DNA of 64,000 nucleotides from Chara braunii (Eukaryota; Plantae; Charophyceae), in the NCBI GenBank assembly GCA_003427395.1, contig BFEA01000001.1, positions 6,711,221 to 6,775,220 on the forward strand. The letters are read 5' to 3'. Position 1 is the stretch's first letter. Each line of letters opens with the position of its first letter. Below are positions 14,299-25,966 of the stretch, in pieces. The translations under genes were made by a program, and so were the position numbers. The notes below the pieces were generated by a model. That model was given only the letters and a program-made list of their open reading frames with translations, ran no database searches and had not been told where the DNA came from.

Positions 14299-16005
14299 TC
14301 ACACAGTCAAATACGTGACGGAAAAAGCTCTAAGACCCTTGCAGCCTTGGCAGAGCGGCTCTACATTGTCTGTTTTCTGCTGATGCTTCCAGGCTGAGAC
14401 GAACTGTTCTAGATTGGGGTGTTGATCAGAGATACGGGGCCCACGCCATTATTTCTCAACTTGTGTACGTGGAACAGTACCCCTGGATCCAATGGCCGAG
14501 CACCATTCTGCTGCACATGACGTGGAAAGATACATCGCCATGATTTTTGTCTTATGTTCATGACGAGAGTTGTGGAGTGACCAATAGATATGCATTCGAG
14601 AAATGATTGCTCATAGGAAGAGCCTTTTTTCCCTTTCCGTTCCTTCCCCTCCACGGAGGAACTAGGCAAGCACACAGGTGGGCGGCTCAACAAGGCAGAC
14701 AACAGGGCGTTATTGGGCCTCACCACACCTCACTCGAAGCTGGCATTATCCAGAGCAGACGCACAGCTACGCTAGCTCTCAAATCCCAACCAGGAAAAGA
14801 AAAATCAGGATCTCTAAGAAACATTATTTCCGGAGCACTCTCAAAAACAAGCTGGAGCAGCAGCTCGCTGCTGGTTGGATTTCACGAGAAAGTGCTTCCT
14901 GCTGCTCTCCAAGGTGCCTCTAATTCTCGTGCGTCTGGCTCGTCGTGACCATCCTGCTAACTCTTTTGAAGGGCAACGGACTTGAGATGTATCCGGCAAT
15001 ATCCTGCGATAAATATGACCGGTCCAGGTATCAATGTGCAGATTCTCTTGTTTGAAGAGCCCAAGAACCACAAATCTAGGCTTTAGCCCTAGACGGACGT
15101 GAGTACCTATAGCACCGACGGTCCAGCCTCTGTGTGCACCTAGCACAGGCCCCGATCAAGGCATTTAGCTCGGCCTGACCACATCCTTTTTTTTTGGAAA
15201 GCTGGCTACAGTCTTTTGGTGGCCAGCAGCACCTGCTGGAAAATGTGTCCAGCATCCCTTTCAACATCTTGCATTTTTTTCCCTTTTTCTTTTTCTCAAC
15301 ATCTTGCTTTGATATCATATTGACTCTGTCTGTTCTAAATCGGGGTGGATAAGAGATGTCCTGACTGGAGATATCGCTTTGGTTCAAATATCCGTTTATT
15401 CAGCATCACAGAGACGGAAGTTCAGGGTAAGGGAGATTGCAGAGCTAGTCATTGGCAGCCATAGGCTGTGGGGTTTGTATATTCAGTACCTTAAACCACC
15501 AGGACTTCCTAAAGTCGTGCCCGCTAACAAGCCACGATTTTAGGAAACATACGGGCCAGTACAGGAGGGCCCAAATTCATCCAACTAGACACGTTTCTAC
15601 TCTATTTTTTTCGGCGGCCAATAGCTGGGCCAAGTACTGCTGGTTTAAGTGTCAGAATCAGATCCAGGTTATTTCGACCGATGGCATGCAGTAAATCCAC
15701 CGGCAAAGCTTCACCAGAGCAATCAATGCTGCATTGGCCTATCGACATACCTTCTGAAACTGGAGGCTGGGCCCGCTTGGGCCCACTTCCCAGCATGTGC
15801 CACTCCCCACAACTAGAATGGAGCCAGTTTTATTGCAAAAGAAAATGAGATATCCCCACGGACTAGCTGACTTAAGCCTTCCCCCTCGTACAAGCCCTGC
15901 ACCCTCAGCTATCATCGACCTGCGTAGGGCTAACCAGTATCCACAGAGGGCCACGATCAACCCCCCCATCTTTCAAGTGCAACTCACGCATGCAATCACG
16001 AGCTA

Positions 16006-16489
16006 CCATCTTCACCCGAAAATAACACCCGGGTGTTATAGTCAACTTTCCCTTAAAAAATCAGATTTTTGTTCTTACTCCCTTTTTTTTCCAAATATTT
16101 CGAGTAGAACGCCCGGGGTTCTACTTGTATGTCCAATGGACAGAGTGCCTTGTAGAGGGAGTATACATGTATTTTCAAGGGGTGTAAAGGGGGTATACAT
16201 GTTTTTTAAAGGAGGTTGAAAGGGGTTTCGACTTCCAAGGGGTATGTTTTGGTATTATTTTTTGTTTTCTTTTTTTTATTCCGAAATAAGAAGGAATTCT
16301 GAAGTGACCCTCAGCCAAAAGTTGGTTGCATTTCAATTCTAGACAACATACTTTTTTACAGATTTTTTTTTTTTTTTTAAATGATTTTGGGGCCCCACCA
16401 AAGTTGCCGACGATTTACTAAATATGACGACCAGGCGTTAGCATTATATTTGCATACAACGCCCGGGCGTTATTTTCGGGTGAAGTCGG
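16006..16489. mobile_element. Tc1/mariner-type MITE, 484 bp
   Basis: TA-ccatcttcacccgaaaataacacccggg .. cccgggcgttattttcgggtgaagtcgg-TA; about 30-bp TIR with TA TSD. Confidence 0.85.
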
Positions 16490-16613
16490 TACTCAACTCT
16501 CCGGACTTCGTGAGCAATGTAGTAACGGTCCGGCCAAGACGAAGAACTTCGGGAGCCCATTGCTCTTTTTTATGTTTCGGAAAATTAGAAATCCCAGGTT
16601 GTACGTGTCAAGC

Positions 16614-16860
16614 GGCCTAGCTCACTTGGTTGAGCACGTAAGTGGTACACAAGAGGCCGTGCGTTCAATTCTCCACGTCATCCGTTCCATTCCCACGACC
16701 CCCAATGTGGCATACTTCGAGTTCACCGGCTGAGAAAGTCAGCTTGTCCCTCCGGGCTGGTTGGGGAAGTCGCCTGACTTTCCAGCGTGCGCCAGGTGTT
16801 AGGAGCTTGGGGTCTGTTGCCCCGCACAGAGCAGAGTTAGGTAGTAGTGGACCCATAACC
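16614..16860 (+). mobile_element. tRNA-derived SINE, family 1, copy 2
   Basis: ggcctagctcacttggttgagcac..gttcaattc head; body shared with 1945-2189 (gtgttaggagcttggg, ccgcacagagcagag, gacccataacc). Confidence 0.75.
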
Positions 16861-17966
16861 ATCGGCTGGCTTAGCCCTGGTCAGTAGTTTAAGGCTGTCC
16901 TCCTGTTCGATTGTACCCTGTTTAAACCTTAAAGCCTAGTTTAAGTGGGTGGATTTAGGGTGTGGTGTAGTTGGCCTTTCCTTCCCCCGTGCAAGGTAGT
17001 GTGAAGTGAAAAAAAGAGACAAAAAATATTGAGAGAACATAACAGCGTAGTAAAAAATGTTCTGGGAAAAAAAAGAAAAAAAGAAAGCCCAGGTTGTTTA
17101 GACGCCAGGCCAGACATACGGAGGTCATAGTCATCAGTGAGCCATTGGTTGTCCTGACAGTTATTTGAGAGACCACCTCCCTACCCATCCTCTCGTCAAC
17201 GCACCCCTATTCCCACCATCCTACCTCAGTGTTAATCACTCAGGAATACCACCCCAGCATCTCAGGGGATGACTTAGACCAAACAGCACTTATAGGCACC
17301 AGGGACAAGCAGTTAACCCCGCCCAGTCCTAGTTGAAGCATGATCGGGCGAGCCTTGTCACGTTGGTTCTTCGCACGCCAAGGTCTAAGTAGTGTTTCTA
17401 TCGGTCCCACATACTACCCTACCTCCTACCGAGCATATAACTGGGCATATCTGATAGCGCCCCCAAGCCCAGATCAAGCCTATGGCACCCCTACAGTCTT
17501 CCCCCAAACAAAACGCACGTATGTACTATTCAACTTTCACTGAAAAAGTCAATTTCTCAGTGTTGCCCCCTCAAATCCAAATAGTACGCATGTATGTTCT
17601 ATTCGAATAGCACACACGTGTGTTCTATTCGAACAGAAGGATGTTCTATTCCAACAGAAGGCTGGTGTGTGTTCTTGACACCTCCACAAGGTAATGTCAG
17701 TTCCCAAGCCTCCCGGCAGAGGTCGACCTCCGAAACCTCAGATGCACTATCGAGTGCAGTTCGGTCATCATGTCGACCCAAAGGAGGACCATTGGTTCAC
17801 AAGGGAAGAATTGATGAAGACTTCTCCACAGGTCATCTCTGGGTATAAAAGAAGACAAAGGAAAGCAGCTTGCTGATAAAGGACTTCTCAGAGGACTCGA
17901 AGTAATGGAGGAGGATCGATGTCCTCGGCAGGCGTTTGTGGGGCCCCTCTGCAAGCCTTGTGCCCG

Positions 17967-18158
17967 TCCTAATTGGAGGCGGGCCTGCACATCTCATTGC
18001 GGCCTGAATTTTCCATTTTGGGGCTCTCTTGGGCGCCAGACAGTTAACACGCACCAGTTGGACATCCTAATTGGAGGCGGGCCTGCACATCTCATTGCGG
18101 CCTGAATTTTCCATTTTGGGGCTCTCTTGGGCGCCAGACAGTTAACACGCACCAGTTG
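17967..18158. repeat. Near-perfect 98-bp tandem duplication
   Basis: tcctaattggaggcgggcc..cacgcaccagttgg at 17967 and 18065. Confidence 0.9.
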
Positions 18159-19029
18159 GTTACATGGGCCCGTCCCGCAGGCCACTGCAATTTTCCTGAG
18201 CCTTCTAGGCTCTTCTGGGCTGGATTTAGAAGCAGGCCTTTCGGCCTATCACAACACAGGAAGCAACTCAGGCCACGACGGATAGCTGGGAGCCCTTAAC
18301 TGTTTCTGTCCCAGTCCACTGTCTGAATCAGGCCTGGGCACAGATGCTTCGGCCCACTGTGAAGCTACTGGGCACATGGGCCTCCCAGTCCTGCCCGGCG
18401 TCGAGCCAGGCAGCTTTCCATATAGGGAAGTGCCTGGCTGCTTGTCGGATATTCAGGCACTTGGCATCCGGGCGGCAGCGCTTCTGCGTTGTGAGGTCGC
18501 GGCCGCCAGGTGCTAGTGTTGGTAAGCACACGTGGGTGCTGGAAGAGAGCGCTGCCAGAAACAGCGCGAGTACCCATCCATAGCCAGGCTTGGGGAAGAA
18601 GAGGCCAGCGGGGTATGGAGGCCGTGTGTGGTGGAGAAGACGAGGGTGAGCAGAGAGAGAGAGCAAGTGAGAGAGAAGGCCAGAGAGCACATACCTGGGC
18701 GTCGGAGGTCTGCATCGGCAACATCTGAGGTCTGCATGCGTGACATCTACATGTACTCTGGTTGCTGCTGCTGACGTCATCTGGTTGCTTCCTCGTTAGT
18801 TGTAGGCTAGTATAGGAGCTCAGCACCAATACGAAGAAAGACTTTGGATACCTTGTTCGTGGTAGCGAGAGAGGGATTTCATTGACAATTGCATTCGTTG
18901 CTTTGGTTCTCGGTGCATTTCTGCTTTCCGGACAGCTCACGACGATCTGGCTTTCAATCTGACATTGCAATTTGAAATTCTGTCATTTCGCTATTGCTCA
19001 TTCTCCTTGCACTTTCTTTAATTTTTTTA

Positions 19030-19126
19030 TTTTGGACCATGTCTCGAGTTGTGTGTGTCATCCTTGCACAGGGACCATGCTAATCTTCTCCGTATTGTTC
19101 CAATTTTAATGGATGTCCCGAAGGAC
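19030..19126 (-). pseudogene. U6: U6 snRNA processed pseudogene (full length, plant type)
   Basis: Reverse complement gtccttcgggacatccattaaaattggaacaatacggagaagattagcatggtccctgtgcaaggatgacacacacaactcgagacatggtccaaa. ACAGAGA box is mutated to ACGGAGA, an A-rich tail replaces the oligo-T terminator, and no USE/TATA is seen upstream. Confidence 0.9.
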
Positions 19127-19274
19127 AAACTTGGTGCCCTATATCTGTAGCCTAACGCATACGAATACAACACACCCTGTGTGTTCTATTCGTAAATAAC
19201 GAACGTGCGTTTTGTTCAGGGGAAGACTGTAGCAAGGACTGGGTACCCCCCCTGGCATTTTAGTTTTGACTGAG

Positions 19275-19420
19275 TGTGCGCCCATAGGCGACGTGTGTAT
19301 GCCCATATGCTGTGTATGTGTGCCCGTAGGCTGTGTATATGCCCGTAGACTCTGTGCCCATACGCTGTGTATATGTGCCCTGCAGGCTGTGTGTGTGCCC
19401 GTAGGTTATGTATGTGCCCG
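19275..19420. repeat. About 20-22-bp minisatellite
   Basis: (g)tgcccrtaggctgtgtata-like unit, about 7 copies. Confidence 0.75.
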
Positions 19421-19982
19421 AACCCATGCTCACCATCATGTAACAGTTATGCTTAACCATATATCCTACAGTTTCGAACGATACCAATGTGCGATATGCC
19501 AGACTGGGGAGACCATCAGAACAACCTATAGCCAACGTCCTCAGGCAACCAACTCATAGTCCAGGCCTGGGCATACAACAATCCGGACTGTATCCCTTGG
19601 ACGGTGCAGGCAGTCTGTAGTCCTTACCGTGCACCACCCAAGGGAAGTGTGTGTGTGTACAGCCGCCTATGTTGCTGTTTGAACGCCATGAACGCGCGTT
19701 CAAGTTCATACGCACTCGTTCAATTCCCCCGCGCGCACGGTGCCACGTGGACGCGCGCGGTACAAAAATGAATGCGCACACACCCTGGGGGCTAGGCGGG
19801 GGTGCGTGGAGTTAACACTTTCGGCAGGGGCAGGGACTGGTGGGGGGCCGGGCAGGGCCAGACTACCGAAAGCACCTACCCAGGCTACCTGTAAATTTTC
19901 GTCTGTTTCTGGTGAACAGAAAAAAAAAACTAAGAACCAAGAAGATAGGGGGTTTAAAATTTCCGGACGTCGTTGTATTTGG

Positions 19983-20022
<40 letters not shown>

Positions 20023-20194
20023 TATCAATCAAGCACAGTTGATTGATTGATTGATTGATTAGTTTTGATTAATTGATTGGTTGGTTGATTGATTGATTGA
20101 TTGATTGATTGCTGATTGGGAGGGGGGCGCTTGACTGATTGGTTGGTTGGTTGATTGACTGATTGGTTGGTTGGTTGATTGACTGATTGGTTGG

Positions 20195-20229
<35 letters not shown>

Positions 20230-20245
20230 GTTGATTGACTGGTTG
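19983..20245. repeat. Inverted tetranucleotide microsatellite, (AATC)n followed by (GATT/GGTT)n
   Basis: Directly visible; the two arms are separated by gcacag. Confidence 0.9.
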
Positions 20246-20777
20246 GGAGGGGGGGGAGGGTGAGCGGCAGCGAATCGCGGGAGGGGGAGCATGCGCACGT
20301 GAGAGAGAGAGAGGGCGGAAGTGGGGGCAGGTGGGGAGGGCGAGTGGGAGCAGGAGACAGGGGAGTGGGGAAAGCAGCAGGGGAGGCAGCGGGAGACAGA
20401 GTGGGGGAGGCTGCAGGCAGTGTGTGTGTGTGTGTGTGTTTGTGTGTGCGCGCATGCTTTTTCTTCATTTTCTCTTCGTTTTTTTTTTTTCCGTTTTTTT
20501 TTTCCGTTCTGTTTTCCCTTCTTTGTTTTCTCTCCCCTTTTTGAACTTTTTTGGGGCCAGGGGGTGTGAGTGCCCTTAACAGGCCACTCAGGACCCCTTC
20601 CCCAGCAACCGGCCNCCNCCCCCCCCCCCCCGTGGCTATAGTGGCTCAACTCTGGAATTGAACTCCGCATTCCCACGCATTTATTGAACGCGCATTCAAA
20701 CCGTTCATTTCTTTATGGGAAACGCACGTTCAATGAAAGCTATGTTTCATAAACGTCCGCCGGTGTCCATGCACGAG

Positions 20778-20842
20778 GCTGCTGAGTTTCGAACCCACAA
20801 CCTCAGACCACAATGCCCATTTGCAACTGGTGCTCTACCCAC
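20778..20842 (-). mobile_element. tRNA-like SINE head, family 2
   Basis: Reverse complement ggtagagcaccag..tgaggttgtgggttcgaaactcag; aligns to 21651-21727. Confidence 0.55.
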
Positions 20843-20885
20843 GATTTCCATTGTCCTAGAGTATTTTCTTTTTTTCCATTAGGAA

Positions 20886-20955
20886 CCCAGCCCGTGTCAC
20901 TGAACAGTACACCCATAGACTGTTGCTAAACAAACCTGAGTTCGAGTCCAGATGG
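20886..20955 (+). mobile_element. tRNA-like SINE head, family 3
   Basis: cccagcccgtg..ctgaacagtacac..acctgagttcgagtccagatgg (B box); inverted homolog at 22043-22110. Confidence 0.55.
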
Positions 20956-21057
20956 TATCCAATGACTACATACTTTCAATATAACTTGGCCAGGTCAGAG
21001 GATATCTCGAGGCCGAGCCTCATTTTCCCAGTACTGGTTGATTTGTGCTCCACACCA

Positions 21058-21127
21058 ATGGCCTAGCTCAGTCGGTAAGGCACAAATGTGGTATTCAGGA
21101 GGTCTTGGGTTCAATTCCCATTGGCCT
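21058..21127 (+). mobile_element. tRNA-like head related to SINE family 1 (pseudo-tRNA)
   Basis: ggcctagctcagtcggtaaggca..ggaggtcttgggttcaattccc; A and B boxes intact, acceptor and anticodon stems broken. Confidence 0.6.
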
Positions 21128-21650
21128 CATATACCTACCTGGGCATACTCAGTGCCTGCCATCTAGAGGTAGACCACTGGCCCCCTGAGCGGCATTAAGC
21201 AAGTACTGCTAATGTTCATAGGGGACGGGACCAGAGGGGAGGCACAGCAACTGGCCACTGCAATGAAGCTCAGTCCTGATGCTACTGGCTGAACCCTGGC
21301 CGGTATCATCCACCGCTGCAGCAGGTATTGCACCTGCTGGTGGGTGCAGATCCCAGATCTTCTCTCGTTGGAGGCTTGAACGCAGATGTGGCTGCTACAG
21401 GGTTCCCGGTATACGAAAATGATAATAAAAAAGGCCTGAAAGGTCGTCTGTCCAGATTTGACAAGTAATTGAATTGGTTGGTCTTAAAAGAATTAGCCTT
21501 TTAAAAAAAAGAAAGAAGAAAGAAACAAGCCTGCACATACACGTTCTTTTTTTCTCTCTCTTTTTTTATCTGGCCCCTCCCCTCCCCCCCCTCCCCCCCT
21601 TTGCCTGGCACAGGAGCAATGGCTGGTGAAAGTACTGGTGGTATAACCAC

Positions 21651-21727
21651 GGCGGCCTTAGCTCAGTCGGTAGAGCACCAGCGCCGCGTGTGCATTGAGG
21701 TGTGAGGTTGGAGGCTCCACTGCTCAG
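21651..21727 (+). mobile_element. tRNA-like SINE head, family 2
   Basis: Perfect A box tagctcagtcggtagagc and a degenerate B box; followed by a 48-bp tandem duplication. Confidence 0.55.
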
Positions 21728-22042
21728 ACCTGCAATCCTGTGCATTAGGCCGGACGGCGTCAACCGATGCAGGCCACCTGCAATCCTGTGCATTAGGCCG
21801 GAGGGCGTCGACCGATGCAGGCGAGTGGTACACCAGGTTCGCAAGAGGTCTGATGCTCGGCGCTGTACTGGTGCCAATGTCTGGAGCCTTGAACGGTAGC
21901 TTCGTCAACTTAGGCCCGTGTGAACTAGTGAAAAAAAAATCCATCCATAATTCCTCCTTTTCTCGCATGAAAAGGGGGACAGCCTTCAGGTACCATCAGG
22001 TGGCCCCAGCTAAATTCTGATATGTTGTTTTCTCGTGTGATT

Positions 22043-22110
22043 CCATTTGGATTCGAACTCAGGTCTGCTTATCTAAGTTGACGAGTGTACCATTCAGCCC
22101 ACGAGCTGGG
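22043..22110 (-). mobile_element. tRNA-like SINE head, family 3
   Basis: Reverse complement cccagctcgtgggctgaatggtacac..acctgagttcgaatccaaatgg. Confidence 0.55.
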
Positions 22111-22609
22111 AGCCCTGAGTGTGCCAACAGTCTAACAGGCAGCTCAGGTGAAGGTAAAACCGCCTACCTCAGAAGATAAAGTGACTGTAGTAAAGGCGTT
22201 TTTGCCTAATCGATTACCGCAAGGTCAGGTAACGAACCGGTTTCTAGCAGTCCCAGAAGATAAAGTGACTGTAGTAAAGGCGTTTTTGCCTTTTCCGATG
22301 GACCTTCATTCTCTGATGCTGCCCGTTACTCGCCTCAGTCCACGCTTCCCACCCCAACTATGGGCCTCGCTCCACTCCTCAACATTAGACATGTATCCAG
22401 AAAGTAATACGGAGCATATGCATTCGGATCTGCCCAACATTTTGAATGCATTGGGTCAGTCACAGGTCCAGGTACGATTTGAATGTTGTGCAGTGGAGCG
22501 AGGCCCTATGCCGGGCCTATTCAGCAGCTCGGTGGCTCAACGATGCAGCTCTGGTCGTATCAAGGTTGGTGATGACGGTGGATCCGCCTCACAGATGAGA
22601 TTCATCGGA

Positions 22610-22709
22610 GGGCATACTCACACGAGGACTTTTTCTACTAAGCTCTGGACGTGATTGCGTTAAGATTCATCCACGTCTGCATTTACAAAGTTCTAGTGTG
22701 AGTATGGCC
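22610..22709. mobile_element. PIF/Harbinger-type MITE, 100 bp
   Basis: TIR gggcatactcacac / gtgtgagtatggcc; flanks gga/tga. Confidence 0.65.
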
Positions 22710-24699
22710 TGAGGCCTTCTGCAGCCATAAAGAGAAAACAGGTGGCGGTCAACGTACCACCACTTTTCGACAGAAGACAAAAGACGAGAGAAAAAAGCAT
22801 ATCAAAGATTTGAGTGAAAGTGAAGCAATTACGTCCTCCTCCAGCAACGAGGTCCCACTAACCCAGCTTCATTTTAGCCGCTGATTTTCGTAATGTATGG
22901 TTGAAAACAAAGAATTCGGGTAATCTCGACCTCATCGCACGGTAAATTCAACTGCAGGAGTGTTTATCGAAGCCAAAGAGAGGGAAGAGTTGCTGACTTT
23001 CAAATACCGGCCCGATATTAAAAATTCCCAACATAGAATAACGAGCATTGAACGACGTGCACAGAGAAGAAGAGAACATGTATGTTCCTCTGTTTTTCAT
23101 ACTTCACCCCCTCGAACACACAAACAAAAAGGGCTACGGCCCCCACGTTCTTCCACATTCACAGTTATCTGAAGCCCGCTAGACTACCACCCTTCAGCAA
23201 GTGCTTCAGACAGTTCTAAGCCGTCCGCAGTCAGGGTTGGAAAGAAAGGACATTTCACACTTCTACTGAGCTCCTGGAAGCTCAGAAGAGTAGGAAGGTG
23301 CGATACTCCAGCCTGATTCATGACAAAAGAGCAAGGCCAAGACACATGCAGTATTCAGCAGCAAACAAAGGTCACTTACCGGTAGGGTCCAGTCATTCTT
23401 GGCCACAACAGCCCCCAATTCCTTCTCCCGCACACTTGAAAGCCAAAAGATTGAACGCACCTGCCCCGGCCCCCCCTTTCTCCCTCTTCTCCTCCCTCCT
23501 CACCCCCTCCTCGCACCCACAATCCAAATTCAAAAACGACTGTTTACAATAAAATTATCACATGAGCATGAACATTCACAACCCAGCGAAAGCAGAATCT
23601 CTAGACATCGCCGCATCAGCCCCCTTTCTCTTCTATCTCTTGAAGCCGTCAGCCCACGCTGCACTGTACACCATGCTTTCAACAGGTCCCATGCCCCGTT
23701 CCTCCATTCATACGCACTTCGCTTGCAAACAAACAACGACGGTAGGTTCTGAAAAAAAGAAAAAGAAGGTAGGTTCTAGAGTTGCATCTCCATTGACCGT
23801 GGTCGCATGGATGCGGCTGTAACGGGTGCTTGTTCCCTGAGGAACCAGATAGACAGAATCAAGGCTTCGATCAGGCCAAGATATATGTAAATTCACGAAG
23901 CCAGGCGACCATCATGAGCAGGCAAGCATTGTCGTCAGAAGAAAAATGAAATGGGAATTGGAAGGCTATGGCCATGCATAATTCGACAAGACGAAAAGGC
24001 CACAAGCGAACCCAAGCAAAGCAAAAGCAGAACCATGAGCGTCGGTGAAAGACAGCCGGCAAGAGGAAATACAGCAGTTGCATGCACTCCAGGTATACCT
24101 CCACGTCAAACTCACAGGAAGAGGTCTGCTGCGCGCTCAGACAATTGGCGAGATTCAAGACGTGCACTTGGAGAAATGAGGCATGTACAGGATAAACCCA
24201 AGCGCAAGATAGCTCAGCAAGGGTTGCAAGCGAGGTTAGAGAACCTGCAGACGAGAGAAATGAGTAACTCGTGTTACTTACTTGCTAACGCTGTGTACCA
24301 CGTGGATCTGATGCTATCAAATGCTTGCACCATCGAGATGACAAATGATGGATAACACACTCTCCTGCACAGGTAGAGAAGAAGCCGATTCCCACAATGG
24401 AATTCCATGATGGATGCGGGAATCAGCTAGGCTGGGCCGCCCCTCGGGGGGGTCCGCCCGGGAAACCCAGGCGATGCAAAAAGTCGGCAGGAATTTTTTT
24501 GTTTTTTTTTTAGGTGGGGTCTTGCTGCGCTTCCCCAGAGGACCCCGAATCCGCAATAAAAAAGTAAATCTGGGGAGGTGGAAGGGGGGCGGGGAGGGGG
24601 GGGGGGAAAGGGAGAGGAGGGGAGGGTTGGGGTTTGACAGGAGGACTGACCACAGGTGCATTGCGACTGTTTTGCTGGTATGTCAGATGTCTAGGGGTG

Positions 24700-25260
24700 T
24701 ATGTGGAAGAAGAACAAGAAGAAGAAGAAGAAGATGGGTGGTGGAAGATAGCGGGCAGGGGTGCATGGAACAGCGGCCGAGGAGGAGGAGAAGAAGAAGA
24801 AGATGGGTGGTGGAAGATGGCAGGCATGGATGAATGAAACAGTGGCCGAGGAGGAGGAGGAGGAGGAGGAGGAGGAGCAGAAGAAGACGAAGAAGAAGAA
24901 GAAGAAGAAGAAGAAGAAGAAGAAGAAGAAGAAGAAGAAGAAGGGTGGTGGAAGATAGTGAGCCGCGGTGCAGGAAGCAGTGGCCGAGGAGGACGAGAAG
25001 AAGAAGAAAAAGAAGAAGGAAAAGATGAAGAAGGAGAAGAAGACGACGACGACGAAGAAGAAGGGTGGTGGAAGATGGTGGGCAGGGGCACACGAAACAG
25101 TGGCCAAGGAGGAGGCGGCGAAGAAGAAGAAGAAGTAGGGTGGTGGAAGATGATGTACAGGGGCGCACGGAACAGTGGCCGAAGAGGAGGAGTTGAAGAA
25201 GAAAATGGGTGGTGGAAGATGGCGGGCAGGGGGTAAGAAATGGTGGGCGAAGAAGAAGAA
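24700..25260. repeat. Diverged minisatellite (gggtggtggaagat..cagtggccgagg plus expanded GAA/GAG runs), about 6-7 units
   Basis: Recurrent gggtggtggaagat core. Confidence 0.85.
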
Positions 25261-25265
25261 CTAAT

Positions 25266-25322
<57 letters not shown>

Positions 25323-25393
25323 NNNNNNNNNNNNNNNNNNNNNNNNNNNNNNNNNNNNNNNNNNNNNNNNNNNNNNNNNNNNNNNNNNNNNNN

Positions 25394-25470
<77 letters not shown>

Positions 25471-25741
25471 TATCTATCTATCTATCTATCTCACTCTGTG
25501 AGAAGAACAACTAACTAACGACTTACCGGTGGAGGCCATTGTAAGCGTGCTGACGCGATGGCTCGCGGAGTGCGCAGGCGCGATGACGGGCTGGGGCGAT
25601 GGCGTGCTGGCTAGCAGCAGAAGGCGACAGCGTCACGACGGGCTGCAGGAGACGAGGGCGCGCAAACTGCCGGCAGTCGTCGTTAGAATGGGCGGGGTAG
25701 GTCGGGGGTAGTGGAAAGGCAAACACAGGGAAGGGAGCTTT

Positions 25742-25833
25742 GGTCTCGCTCCACTACACAACTCTCTACATGCATGCACGCGGCCCAAGAAGCGTCCAAA
25801 TGCATCTAGAGTGTTGTGTAGTGGAGCAAGGCC
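25742..25833. mobile_element. Tourist-like MITE (GGTCTCGCTCCAC TIR), copy 2
   Basis: ggtctcgctccactacacaac .. gttgtgtagtggagcaaggcc. Confidence 0.65.
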
Positions 25834-25844
25834 AAAAAGAGTCA

Positions 25845-25966
25845 AAAACGGGTCCGGTAGTTCCCACCCTGAATGATTCAAAAGCACGGCCTATCTGGGC
25901 CCCGCCGATCTCTCGAGATCGGCCGTGATTTTGAATCGTTCAGGGCGGGCCTACCGGACCCGTTTT
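25845..25966. repeat. Imperfect foldback with about 50-bp arms
   Basis: aaaacgggtccggtag..tgaatgattcaaaagcacggcc / ggccgtgattttgaatcgttca..ctaccggacccgtttt. Confidence 0.75.

Larger units (their letters stand above)
17494..19229. mobile_element. Non-autonomous Tc1/mariner-type element (1.7 kb) carrying a U6 copy
   Basis: TA-cagtcttcccccaaacaaaacgcacgt .. acgtgcgttttgttcaggggaagactg-TA; subterminal tgttctattcg repeats at both ends. Confidence 0.8.

Noticed and set aside
19030-19126. Functional U6 gene
   Set aside because: Mutated ACAGAGA box, no oligo-T terminator, no recognisable USE/TATA, and located inside a transposon.
21058-21127. Functional tRNA gene
   Set aside because: Acceptor and anticodon stems do not pair fully, and the sequence matches a SINE head family.
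22170-22291. 38-bp direct repeat pair and 168-aa ORF
   Set aside because: Only two copies, GTG start, no recognisable domain.
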